Shown here in pieces: positions 25,921 to 40,448 of a stretch of 64,000 bases of DNA. Position numbers and translations under genes: made by a program. Each line of letters starts with the position of its first letter. The stretch's first letter is position 1. The stretch covers positions 246,945-310,944 of the forward strand of contig RDEW01000049.1 of assembly GCA_011109175.1 (NCBI GenBank), given 5' to 3'. Under the pieces are notes generated by a model. It was not told the DNA's origin and ran no database searches. It was given only the letters and a program-made list of their open reading frames with translations. Origin of the DNA: Dicyema japonicum. Lineage: Eukaryota; Animalia; Dicyemida.

Positions 25921-26240
25921 ATCCGCGTTGCGCCATGTGGTGCTTCATGGCTAGTTGATTTAAGTTTCTGTTTGTTCGTCTGTTCCTCCTCTCTCTCCTA
26001 TTAGAGTGGCGTCATGTGATCCACCTGTCTAGGTGGCTCCCATTGCCAGACACGAAAAAGGATAATTTGCTCTCCCCCATTCCACTGGAGGGGCTTCTAC
26101 AACTGCATGCAATAAACGTCTTACCTTTTATGCTGATTCCGGATGGACTCTGTTTCTGTAGAAGTAGAAACTGGATACACTTAATTAGTTGTTTACTTTA
26201 ACTTCTTTCTCGGTGTATCCGGGGTTAATAAATAAACAAA
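25921..26240 (+). mobile_element. Dispersed repeat family D, copy 2
   Basis: Homologous to 21445-21780. Confidence 0.75.
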
Positions 26241-26779
26241 CATTTTTATAAAACTTTAACCATATTTTTCTTATTTATTATATTTAAATTTAAAAAAATT
26301 ATAATTTAAGTTTAATTGGGCCAGAACACAAAATCCAGCTCATTGAAAGTTTCTCAGCACTATTCGGGGTCTCCTCGAAATACAACGGAAATTTTTAAAG
26401 ACAACTAGTTTACAGATCTGCTTTCTGTTCCATACACTATCGAAATATCTACAATCATACAGAAATTCTGAGCCGATGCCATGTCAAATGTGACGAGCTG
26501 TTCAGGATTCTCGACTCCGCCGGACTCGTCCCTCCCCTGTCGGTCTGGGATCACTTAGTTGAAAACTTTTCTTTCTTTTGACCCATGATCCTGGGAGTAA
26601 CAATAATAATTACCATAATACAGTCATGTTGTAAAAAGTTAAAACAACCTAGGAATATTTTGCAAAACACAAAATACCGATTAACTCAAAAATCAAAGAA
26701 TTTATCACGGAGAGGTTACATCTTAAAAACAAAAGTGGAAACCACGAAATTGTCATCTCTTTTAATCATGAATAGATAA

Positions 26780-27200
26780 TCGTCAAATTCATCAATTGAC
26801 CCATTGTGGACACAACACGTGGGAACATTATTGCAATCAAAGATATCTTCGTGAAAGGAGAAATCACTCGGAAAGTGGTATCAGAATGTGACCTGAAATC
26901 ACATTATAGCCTCTCAGGACCCTGAAATCACATCATAGCCTCTCAGCCGAATGAAAGATTTCAAATAGACTTCCAAGTAATATGAAAAATAAGAGTGGAA
27001 ATGAAGTTGCAGAAACCTCAAACAAATCTTTTTGGATTATGGACCATCCCGATTCCTACAATCGGATAATGGGACAGAATATAAAAATTCTTATGTAAGA
27101 GCATTGTGTGGTCGCTTCAACGTCCAACATACTAACATTAGGCCTAACAATCCAAGGAGTCAAGGGATTAGACAATAACAAGATCTAAGATGATGTCCGA
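26780..27200 (+). mobile_element. Decayed rve integrase (Ginger2/GIN-like)
   Basis: HQLTHCG zinc-binding remnant, PNERFQIDF, GPSRFLQSDNGTEYKN, CGRFNVQH..RPNNPRSQG. Confidence 0.65.
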
Positions 27201-27544
27201 AGATAAGTGTGGGACAAAAAACATAAAAGACGCAGTTTATTTTTATTTTTAAAGAAGCTACATCAACAGGTACTTTTAACTAATTTTCTTTGAGGCAATA
27301 CTCCATTTTACAAAAATCGAGGAATTAATTATTATTTTTAACCCCAGGCTTACCATTCCAAGCCCAGCACAAACAGTCGTAACTAAATAATCCAAGGAAG
27401 GAACCAAAGGGAGAACATCTGCTTGTGTCGATCGAATCCATTTTCCAATACTTCATTACAGGCTTCCGCTTCCGAAGGGAGGTGGAGAAGTAGGTCCGCC
27501 CTCTTCCATTTTTGACCCACGTCGCGGACATCACTTCATTCTTT

Positions 27545-27750
27545 AGCGGAATAGTTTTCATAATGCAATCTTCATCAGAGGGTTTAGTCAGGGAGAAAAG
27601 TAGAAAGATCCCTTTTAACAACTGTGTCGTGCCAGAAGGATTCGTCGCCTCACGGGTGGGATCTGTTTGACAAGAATTGACCTTCGCTGAAAACTCCATC
27701 TTTCGGATTTGAACCCGCGACCTTCAGATCCGATGTCATCAGACGTTACA
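27545..27750 (-). mobile_element. SINE family B copy (tRNA-like B-box)
   Basis: Minus strand ...GGTCGCGGGTTCAAATCCGAAAG...; homologous to 11705-11895. Confidence 0.6.
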
Positions 27751-28499
27751 TTTCAATTTGAATTCAATCCACCAAAATTGGATTCAGCATATTCTAAGAA
27801 AATGAATAAAAAATGGGTGTACATCAGCCCTTCAAAAATTAGAGTCTCCGTGTGGTGAAACGGTAACAATTGGGAATACATCACACGATATTGGCATATT
27901 CTAAGAAAATGAATAAAAAATGGGTGTACATCAGCCCTTCAAAAATTAGAGTCTCCGTGTGGTGAAACGGTAACAATTGGGAATACATCACACGATATTG
28001 TCGAAATACGGATGTCGGATGGAAATAAGAAAAAACACATGAAAAGTATCAAAAAATAATTAAAGATAAATAATTTTACATAATCTTAATTTTAAATTAA
28101 AAAAAAACTTTTTTCCAATATCTGTGTTCAGAAGCGTTTTCAGCTCTGGGAAATACCCTATAAACTTCATTCTAAATCGGCCAGATCACTCTCGTATTTT
28201 TTTAAAAAGGACTTAACGTTAGAACTCTGCATCAGTGAATATTTCACTGCGGAACCGGATCATCTATGAAGGACTCACACTCAACTAAAAGAAGTGAAGA
28301 GCCCGGGAGGAGCTATAGATATGGCTATATACGCCAATCGAAAACTGCGTCAGATTCCTTTTCAAATAATTGTATCCGGGATCGAATTGCATGCATATCA
28401 CTGAAAATGTTGTAAGACTCAGAAGAATTAATTAAAACTAAAAGGCAGGAAAAGTCTCACGGAACCTAACTAATTTTTTTAAATAAAATTTGAATTCTG

Positions 28500-28577
28500 T
28501 TAGACTTAAAATCGGGGTTGCGAGAGTGGTTTTTAAAATTATAGGGGTGCGAACTCAAAACGAATTGGGAAGCGCTG
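28500..28577 (+). mobile_element. hAT Buster-type terminal fragment
   Basis: ...ttgggaagcgctg followed by gtctagag, matching the NTCTAGAN target preference. Confidence 0.55.
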
Positions 28578-28789
28578 GTCTAGAGAGTTCTGGTTGCCAT
28601 AGAAACAGCGAAGTATTGACTGATACTACAGTCTGACTTCGCAATTTGGGGAGATTTATCATTTAAATAGAAATAATGAATTTTTTACTAATAAACCCCC
28701 AAATGAGAAAAAGTTAGTACCAAAATACGACCCCTTTTTGGGGAAACCCAAACTGCAGGAAAACCTCGATTTTGTGAAATTCTTACGAA

Positions 28790-29039
28790 ATAAACATATT
28801 CTATTCTTATTGGCTGCCAGCACATGGGCATGGTTTTCTCTAAGTACTCCACGGATCACATCATACTCTTTGGACTCGAACTCCACGACACCTATGCAGT
28901 AGTTTAGCAGCAAGATAGCATAATCATTTAATGCTAGGAACAAATTTAGAAAAGTCTTGCATAACAACAATGCCCTTTTAAGAATTCCTTTAGTAAAGTG
29001 TCGCTTTGTCCAAGTGACTTTAGAGCTCTGTAACATCAA
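28790..29039 (-). mobile_element. R4/Dong-like RT thumb fragment
   Basis: ALNDYAILLLNYCIGVV...IRGVLRENHAH..AANKNRICLFR resembles the AIN.YA...Y..G...ERLYLPR region. Confidence 0.55.
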
Positions 29040-29941
29040 GATACTTATGAAGTTTTTGTTCTCTGAGATACAAAAATTTTCCGCTCCAAATAACTAGGAA
29101 AAGAAAATTTAGAGACCTTTTATGATGATTTTAGCAGTGATGAAGATAGCAGCGAGACATTTAGAGTATGAAGTCATGAAAGATACGGAACGTGCTCTCA
29201 CATGAATTTCAATGTAGTCAAACAAGAAACACGTGAAAATGTTCCTATACAGATTTAAAGCAGATATTATTATTAAAAAGCAATTCCACAGAACCAAAGA
29301 ACGTTGTATTAACTAGGGTCCCATTTGTGACTCACTTTTCGAAATTTGCTTCACTAGGCGTCTCCATCGCCCTCTGCTTTGCGCAGCAGATATTGTCACT
29401 ACGAAAAAAAACAAAACTTTAAAATGACACATTTATCAATAAATTTTTTTTAATTTTTTATTTTGCTTTTTAAAAAGACCCTCATTTTTCGTGAAAACCT
29501 CAAAGGTGGGGAATTTTTACCCCCTTTTCGGGGTCTGACTGTAATACCACATTTCAGGAAATAAACAGTAAAATAGCTAGCATCTCNGTGAAAACCTCAA
29601 AAGTGGGGAATTTTTGCCCTTTTTGGGGTCTGACTGTAATACCACATTTCAGCAAATAAACAGTAAAATAGCTAGCATCTCTGATTGGCATTCTTAAAGA
29701 CTGATCTCAGGACACACCTCATGAGATCAGCGCTTCAGAATCGCTGCTCCTAAGAACCGTCATAGTGGGACTCGCACCTCCAGATGCCCACGAGACCACC
29801 AGGATTCGACCTGAATGTAGAGGATCTCTGAGAACGGCGACACAATCCTAATAATTGTCAGCACACAATTAAATAAAAATTAATATTTAAGTTCAGAGAA
29901 AATATCCTCAAGGGGGGAAAACTTATAAAATTCAGATTTCT

Positions 29942-30901
29942 TTAACATCTACTATCAGTCAACCACCTTACCACATATATCAAATACAAGTGCTGTGGAT
30001 GGTAGTGCCTCACCAGATCCATTGGCATGATCCCCATCTGAATTGCCGTCTCCAAAATACCGGGGACAATCTGTCTGATCTCATAAACCAAACACAACTC
30101 GATACATTGCAGAAGACTGATCTGCCCTTTGCAGCGGAAATGCTTGATGATGGTCGCAAACTCCAACAAATTTATTACGGAGGCACTTTCCGTGACCCTG
30201 GAGATCCTCAACTGGTAAATTGCCCCCATATGGCGGCCCCTGGGGTCGGTGATGAACTGGCAGTTAATCACGTCGAAAAAAGCTGCCTCAACGTTAACAG
30301 GGTTGGTGTATTGACACGTGAAGATCTAACAAATCTCAGGAACTCTGACCTTGGTATTCGAATCGGGACAGAAAACGTAAACGTTGAGCTCCTTTGGTCG
30401 TATGAGCACGTTGTATGTGAAAATTACGAAAAGGAGGAACCGAATTTTGTCCCAGGTCTTCAAAAAGGCCAGGATATTCACGTGCTTGTTCTCTTGAATG
30501 ACAAAAAAGGTAACCTGGGTGGTTTTCTCGAATTTGGCAGAGGACGTCGTTCCGGTAGTCGAATTCTAGTCTGTTGCACTGGAAGACCTTAACAAAACGA
30601 TCGTTGAAAAACGTGAATCTGCCGGGGTACTCGGTTTTCAAATTCTAAATGAAATCACGGAATTACTATAAGTCTTTCGGAAGAGTCATTATTGAACGCG
30701 ATCAGGTGGGTATCAGATATCTCGAGGATCTCTTCGCAAAAGGAGGCACCGGCACGTGTTAGGGTGTATCTAGACCTATCATATATCAGTGAGATGCTGT
30801 CTTCGAGGTGGGCAGGGTCAATGAAAGAGATAAAATTTTCTTTATTTATTATTAATCTTACCTTTTATCAAACGATTGAGAGGCGACAACCTCGAACCCA
30901 T
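29942..30901 (-). CDS. Divergent KsgA/Dim1-family protein, most like mitochondrial transcription factor B (TFB2M/TFB1M); 4 micro-introns
   Basis: Spliced frame MGSRLSPLNRLIK|ENFIS...CEEILEISDTHLIAF...LI|NLKTEYPGRFTFF...IQMGIMPMDLVRHYHPQHLYLIY; introns of 22-24 nt (e.g. 30840-30861). Family call from recalled motif similarity only. Confidence 0.5.
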
Positions 30902-32429
30902 TTGTTTAAATTTGAATTTTAAATTTTAGAAAATTTATATTTACTATTTTCGTAAAACTATCTAATTAAACAGGTTTTCATTATAGCCTTCTGGTTCCGC
31001 TTTCTGAGTGGTCGTTGGAAAAGTCGAACAGACCCTACCCTTGACTCTTCCCTGTTGGAGTCCTCGATACGAAAGAATGGCGGCGGATTTTTCAAGTCTT
31101 TCAAGAACCAGATGAATCCGCTATGTTCATCTGAATCCTTTATTGGAAATCTGTCCCCCAATCGATTTCCTGTGTTGACACAAACGGAGACACTTCCGGT
31201 AAGTGGTGGGGCTCTTCGATGAGCACATGCTGAATGACGATAAGGAGCACCTAATTACTATTATTTTCTTTCTCGGTTTTTCCCGTGGTTAAAAAAATTA
31301 AATGATTTTTATCTCCCACGTGGCTTGTCATTGTTCCTCCAGTTTCAAAGGCCTTTATCCCAGGGACGAGCCCATCCAGAACCACATTCGTGGGAACTTC
31401 ATTAAAGAGTTACCCAGTCGTGAGAGGCAGAGGAAACTATCCTTTTTGATACTGCGATTGCACTGAGTGTTTTCTGAGACAGGAAAGTCACTTGACGGCA
31501 GGAAATTGAACAAATTAAAAAAAGACAGAGAACCTTCAACCTAAAATATTAGGAAGAAACCCTTCCCCGTTTACGACTCTAGATACTAATTTTTTTAATC
31601 TGCGCCACTCCCAAGATTATGTGTTCGTTAGACATTTCCGTCATTTCTTCAAGATTGTCTAGATTGGCAGGGTTCTCCCTAGTTATTGAAAACAAAATTG
31701 TATAATTTTATATTATCAAGATTTCGATCCTCTTCCATCATCGACTCTATTAGTTGCCTCCTAACCACTCGAATGCATGGGTCGATAAAACTGCAGAAAA
31801 GCTTCAATTCTCTCCTCAAGAGTTTCTCGTTCTTGTTTTATTTGGGTTTCACGATCACTCAGTGGAGTCAATCTCCCCTTCTTTAAGTTTCTATTTATAA
31901 GATATCCTTTTTGGGGGAGAACAAGTATCGCATTCATAAATGCGGGAGTAGTGGATAACACATGAGAAAATAAGGAAGGTTCCTTCAAGACGTAGATTCC
32001 AAATACTGATGAAAATAGTTTTTGTTGATAGTTAAATTGATAACACATGAGAAAATAAGGAAGGTTCCTTCAAGACGTAGATTCCAAATACTGATGAAAA
32101 TAGTTTTTGTTGATAGTTAAATTTGGAAAAAGTTAGAATAACTCATCCAGAGACCATTTATTACGAGGTGGACCATCAGACACCGGGTGCCATAATAATC
32201 GCCAGTCTTCATAGCAAACTGGTCCTTCCGTCGAGTAGTAGTACTGTTTCCACTACTTAAATCTCCGGCATACACATCATTTAAGAGGGAAATAAAAATT
32301 ACTTTGAGTCCTGAAAGCAATCCGGTTCCACAGTGATGCATCAGTGATGACGGCGTTACTAGTCAGGAACCTTCAACCAGGATTTGCTGAGCATCCAATA
32401 AAGTTAATAATAATTTATTCGAAAAATAA

Positions 32430-34205
<1,776 letters not shown>

Positions 34206-37200
34206 AATTGTGCCTATTATTTTTATTATTTTGAAAATATTAATTAATTTAAATTTCAATTAATTTTGATTTAATGATTTTTATTATTAAATAAAATTGT
34301 GTTTGTGCTTTGATCCGTATTTGGATTAATTTAAATCCACATGGCCCCATGTACTGCTGTGTAGTTAATTGATTGAAAATTTATCCCCAGTCCTTTGAGT
34401 GAAGGAAATCGATAGCTAACAGGAAAGTAACAACCAAAAGTGGACGCTCTTAGAGATCACCCTGGTTAGCACATAAATCGAAGGCGGGCAAGGAAAAAGA
34501 AAAGAGGTGTCTCAATCAGTTGTCCAGAGGGCAGAAGAGACACAGCAACAACGTATGTTGTCCGATTATGTTCATATATTGTTGTAAAACCTTGTGGAGA
34601 CGCGTCATGCGGACACGAACTCCCTGGGCATCGCTTAAGTAGCAGTTTGCAAATCAATAACTTGTTCTTCAAAAAATTAATCATTTAAATTCTTCAGAGT
34701 CTCTTTATTTTGGGTGTAACTAGTGATAATACAGGTCCCGAACCACTGAATTGGTCTTGTCTCACTATATGGCAATAATATTGTCCTCAACCACTGACAA
34801 TCAAACCAATGACTTCCTCCTTGTTGACTGGTATACGACTAAAACCTCAGTATTTTTTTGGTGGATTTAAGATGAAGGATTCAAGTTGATTTCTTGTGTT
34901 GTTTCGACTCTTTCGACGGTACTGTACCTATTAGCAAAAGTTCCCATTAAGTTTATTCCACGTGGGTTCGGGGCTTTTACATATTGAGATGACTGATCTG
35001 TGGTCGTTCACTTTGAATTTCTTTGAGGATCAGCAAATTATTTGCAAGAAGTCTGTTGTTGGTCCTATAAAAGGATGTTCCAATAAGTTCCTGAAAATGT
35101 TTCTGCGGAGCTGTCAATCAGGGTAAAATAGGACTAATTTCGGAAGCTGAGATCCCATCATTTGTTTTTGCCGAAATTTTTTTTTTTGGGAGTTTTGAGA
35201 CAATAATAACTAGCTGTCGTTTTCTTTAAATAATTCAAATGGTCCCCCAACATAATTGACGTTACCTCCCAAGACGGCAACTGGAGAAATTACTGGGTCT
35301 CAAGTATGTCGAGGCTAGAGAATTGTTCTGAAAAGGGAATTGGAGATCATTGTACAAGTGTTGGCTGAAATAACAGACCTCCATACTCTATCTGTCCCCT
35401 TACTTACACCAATCCAATTGAGAATGTATTCAGTGGATGGAAAAACCAGTTTCCAGAAAAGGGGCTGAAAATGATTGAGTTTGATTAACAGCAAATTTGA
35501 ATGCACATTAAATCCCAAAATGGCGGATTCGAGTGGATTATTGATTTCTTGTAATGTGAATCTCGAATAAATAAAATTATTCTAAAGACCAAGGGTAAAG
35601 CAACACTAACTCCTTGACCCTACCACCAATTCCAGAACTCGTATCCAGGTAACGAAATTGTCTCCCAGTGGAAAGAACGTTGGATCCTTTTGATTGCCGG
35701 CCAGGCATTGGGCGTTTCCTTAGTAAGGTGAATCTAACGACTCCATCAGAGGGAAGACAATTTAATTTTTAACAAAAATATTTATTTAAAATAATATAAT
35801 TGTTTTTGCATTTTTTATTGAACCAGAAAACCACAGTCATAGCCAGAATTAAAAAAATCAAGTGATCTCGGCTTCCCTCAGAAGTTTTCGCATGCTCGGA
35901 TTAGAAGGAAGTGCCGTCCGGGTAACTCTTGGTTCAGTAAATTAAAAAAATATTAAATAGTTCTTTCGTCGAGGGAGGAGAATAGGGCCACGTTGAGGTC
36001 TCTGCTTGAGCGTGGTGGGATAACGTGATTATTTAGTTTGGTGTTACTGTGATCTTTGGTATTATTGACTCATTCTGACAAATCACGTGTTTTGGGCATT
36101 AATATTCTATATCTTCCGTATTAATTTCACGAACAGGTCCCCGATGCCGAGAAGATCATCTCGGGAACAAAAATGTTATTTCTCATTGAGTATGTGCATC
36201 AAAAGTTTTAGGCCTTTCTGTCATGAGCCAGAACGACCTCTTTTCATAACTTTTCCATCCCTGAAAAAGAATAGAGGGCATCCAATGAGAACCTTACCAC
36301 AAGTCTAGACTATCCTCGCATCAGGAACAATGCCTCCAGGCAGTTTTGGACATTATCTTTAATTACTACATCTTCCGTTCAAGAGCGGAACCTATTTTCA
36401 AAATTCTTTCAAAGATTTGCTAGTGTCATCTAGCCAACATCGTCTTGCCTGTTTGTTGTAGAGGGCGTATTCCGAGAGCGGTACTTGGCTCAACCCTCTG
36501 AGTTTTGGGTACCTTCCTGGACGATGAATGCGTCCGTATTGGAATATCATTACTACTGGAAGTAAAAGTCAGATCGACTGTTTTGGCCTACACCCTCTCT
36601 CCTGCATGAAGAGAGCAGGCGGATTTCTCAGACACATGGCCTTGAACGCTTTGGACGCCGTCAGACATCCCTCCATGCTCGAACCAGTTGCTCTTTGCAG
36701 TCGTGACGGACAACGACCAGGTGGGATGACAAACCTCTTGTCTGGGACGTCACCTGCACCGACACGTTTTCCCTTGTAACCGACTGTTTTCAGTTTTTTG
36801 TAAGAATAATAGTCATTCAACATGGCTCAGTTAGATCTATGAGTTGTTTTTAATAAATTTGATTTTTTATAAAAATGAGGCAGATTCTTAAATTTTGTAA
36901 GAGAAAAATGTTTTTGGACCATTAGATGAGGGAAACGGGGAATTGGAGAGAATTGAGTTATCCAATGTTATTGATTGGGAAAGTGAGGCCGTTGACAGGG
37001 AATCCTAAGTTCGAGACCATTAATCTACAGACAGAGGATGATAACAGTTATCCAATGTTATTGATTGGGAAAGTGAGGCCGTTGACAGGGAATCCTAAGT
37101 TCGAGACCATTAATCTACAGACAGAGGATGATAACCGTGGGGGTCACAGTCTAATGACTCAACACCTAATAGACTATTATCACACAAAACAGCAATTAAT

Positions 37201-37230
37201 GAAATAACCAAAATATCCAAATTAATCAAA

Positions 37231-38706
37231 TTAAAGAATATATCCCAAATCCAGTTTCTTCTTGGACTTTACCTCATAAATCCCATCCAGAAAGTCAATA
37301 TGATAAATTGTAGTCTGTTCTTTCCGTAAAGCGATCATCCCCTAAAGTAAACACAGTCCCCACCGCCTCGATGCAGACCGCTCTGCACTGTGAACCGTTA
37401 AAGTCCTCCGTGGCCCTCGCTAATTCATGGAAGTTGACATCATCACTGGTTTTACCCTAAAGGTACCCTACAGTCATCTTCCGAGAGTGGATCTGCATTA
37501 TCCTCACCCTCGCCTCCTCATTCGGGTTTGGGAACTCAATTTTCTTGTCGAATCTCCCAGATCTCAGCAGAGCCGTGTCCAGGATGTCCACTCTGTTGGT
37601 CGCCGCGATCACCTTGATGTCAGCATTAGGCTGGAATCCGTCCATTTGCGACAATAGCTCAATCATGGTCCGCTGAACCTCCCGGTCCCCAGTTTTCTCG
37701 CTGTCAAACCGTTTCGTCCCTGCCAATAAGACAGTCCTCACCAATGGCGTCTAATTCGTCTATGAAGATCACCGCCGGTGCCTTCTCCTTGGCAAGATTG
37801 AATGCATCCCTCACCATTTTGGCTCCGTCCCCAATGAACATTTGCACCAATTGAGGACCAGCCAGCTTCAAGAAGGTAGACTTTGTTTGAGCAGCACAGG
37901 CCCGGGCCATCAGTGTTTTCCCGGTCCCTGGGACTCCGTACAATAGGACCCCTAGGTTTCGCACAGAAGCTTACCCTTGGGCGGTTCTATTCCCAGCTTC
38001 TCAAAGTTCTCCCGGTGGTCCATGGGCAACACCACAGCCTCCACCAGCTCCTCAATTTGCTTATCTAGTCCCCCAATGTCGCTGTACTCCTCCGTGGGGC
38101 GCTCATCTACCTCCATGGCTTTCACGCGAGAGTCGTACCTAAGGTTACAAAGGACACCAACTCATGAGGAAGTTTCTCCAAGATTAGGTAGCTGTCCTTG
38201 TTCACTCCCTGAACTTAGAGTCCCCCTTACCACTAGGTCGTCGGGCCTAAGGTCATCTGGATCCACGAGACCGATCACTGGAAGAAAATAGGTTTGTCGG
38301 GTCGACGTCTTCACGATCGCACATTTTCCACGTCTTTGAGAATCAATGTTCACGTTGGCACCTTCCTCCTCACAGTCATCGTTGTCTACGTCGAAAATCA
38401 GGAATATATAGGATTTTGTACCTCAGTCACGTTGGAGACCAAATAAGGGAGGATCTTGTTGACTTTTAATTTCTCTTTACTCTCTTTGGTCTTCCCCTTC
38501 ATGTGTTTTTTGTCGTATTCAATGGTTTGGAGTTCGGATTGCAAACACTTAGATTTATACGGTTTCTTACGTATATTTCGTCCTCAATCAGCTTAGTCCA
38601 ACTACGGATCTCATCTGTGGGGAGGTTGAGCACTTCTTCGTCGCCCAATGGTAATTCCTAGATTTATTAGTAAAATGACAACAACGTCCATCCCCTGGTC
38701 ATCCAT
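37231..38706 (-). CDS. PSMC3: 26S proteasome AAA-ATPase Rpt5, 9 micro-introns
   Basis: [85 protein letters not shown]. One intron ends in TG (38399-38421). Confidence 0.97.
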
Positions 38707-39559
38707 TTTAAATATTTTATTTAATTTTGAATAAAATTGCGAAAATATTTAATATTTTTGTTGTTTTTTTATCTTCGATATTAATTTCTGTCATTTTAAT
38801 TTTAAAAATTATTATTTTTCTTATTTTTGGTTTTTAATAATAATAATCGACACAGAGTAAGTTGGAAGTTTTAAAAAACCCATCTCTCAGACTACTATTG
38901 ATGGCGGAAAAGAACTCGCTACTAGGGAGAACACTAAACGTCCCCCCCAATCATAGTATACCTTACGGAACGCCATCGGTTCTTCCTCAAGATGGCAAAG
39001 TCCCTTAACCATCCCCTCAATTCTGACATCAAACTATATCTGGATGCCTGCTCAAGATACGAGAAGCGTTCCATGACTCGTAAACTGGTATGGACACCGG
39101 TATCACTTAATTAGAAGATAACCCTTATCCTCTTGTGATTTAGGGGTTAATAAATTAAATTAAGATTATTTAAGGGGTTTCTCGGTTATTCCCATTGCTT
39201 ATAGTCTGCAGCAGGAGATCACCTCTCTATTAACTTTAACTATAACAGTGGGTCTACTCTATGAACTCTTATAATAAAAGAACGACGTAGGCATTGGAAG
39301 CCGGTGGGAACTTTGGAAATATTTAAAGGTTCCTGAAAGATTCAAGTCTGGTTTTAAAAACTGTGGTGATCAGTTTATCTTTGGAGGACTTTGAGGATCA
39401 GTTTGTCTTTCTTTGGTTGACTCGAAACAGTTTTGTCTAACTGTGGAGATAGTCTGTTTAGGGGATTGTAGAATCAGTTTGTCTTACCATTGTTTTTCCG
39501 GCACCTCCAGTTTAATAAATTAATTCCTAAAAGACAAAATTTATTTATTTAAAACAATT

Positions 39560-39840
39560 AAGGAAACTCGTTCGCAATCCACGCAGCAGGCTTCCTCAAC
39601 TGACATTTGTTTAATTGTTAAAAAATGTTATTTTGTAAAAAAAACAATTAATAATTAATTTACACAGCCATCCATTCAAAGTGATCCCCGTTGACATTAT
39701 CGATGTTGCGTAGCCTCTCACGATTGCAACAGAGATCAACTGGAAAAGCCACCGGGTCTCAGGTGCGTCCTGGGATTTTAGTGTAGCTAGGCATCCAAGT
39801 TTCTTTAGGAAGCAAGGCGACTTCCCACTTATTCCTTCAT
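39560..39840. mobile_element. Two tail-to-tail CRE-like 3' fragments
   Basis: 39560-39620 (+) matches 19440-19500; 39670-39840 (-) matches 60515-60680. Confidence 0.7.
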
Positions 39841-40074
39841 AATGCCTTTTATTAAATTAAAAGACATAATTACCGGTTGAATTGAATTAAGTATTAATCA
39901 AAGATAATAATAATTTCAAAGCTAATCCCCCAAATACAAGGAGCCATATCTTTATTCTTATAATACGCGGGAGTGATTACAGATAAACTATTATCCATTA
40001 TCCCCCAACCAAAGATTCCAGTCAATTCCTTATTCTTCCCTACTCGTCTCGACGCACATGCACCAAAGGGCATG

Positions 40075-40245
40075 ATTCAGGTTGTCACAGTGCCAGCTTA
40101 GACAAAGGTCCGGCCCACGTGAACCGAAGGACATGTTTCAAGGTTGTGACAGTGCCAGTTCACAAATGGTTCCGACCCACATGCACTGAAGGACATGTTT
40201 CAAGGTTGTGGCAGTTCACAGAAGGGTCCTACCCACGTGGTGACA
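40075..40245. repeat. Tandem repeat, about 3 x 60 bp
   Basis: ttcaaggttgtgacagtgccag...cccac(g/a)tg...gaaggacatgt units. Confidence 0.7.
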
Positions 40246-40448
40246 GAATTAGCTTGTAAATAAGTAACCTTAGTGAAGTCGAATTAAGTAGCACTTAATA
40301 CTAAAACAAATTATAAGCAGGATTAGCGTAATTAATTCACTATTATTCCCATTGCTTTATTATTTTTGTGCAAATATGCATACTTTAATGCTATTATCAA
40401 TGACAGCTGTCATTCAATGAGTGCTTAAAACTGAGAAAATATTAAATA

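Noticed and set aside
27325-27699. 124-aa minus-strand ORF
   Set aside because: Overlaps the SINE B body; no protein motif.
29990-30592. 200-aa plus-strand ORF
   Set aside because: Antisense shadow of the spliced TFB-like gene.
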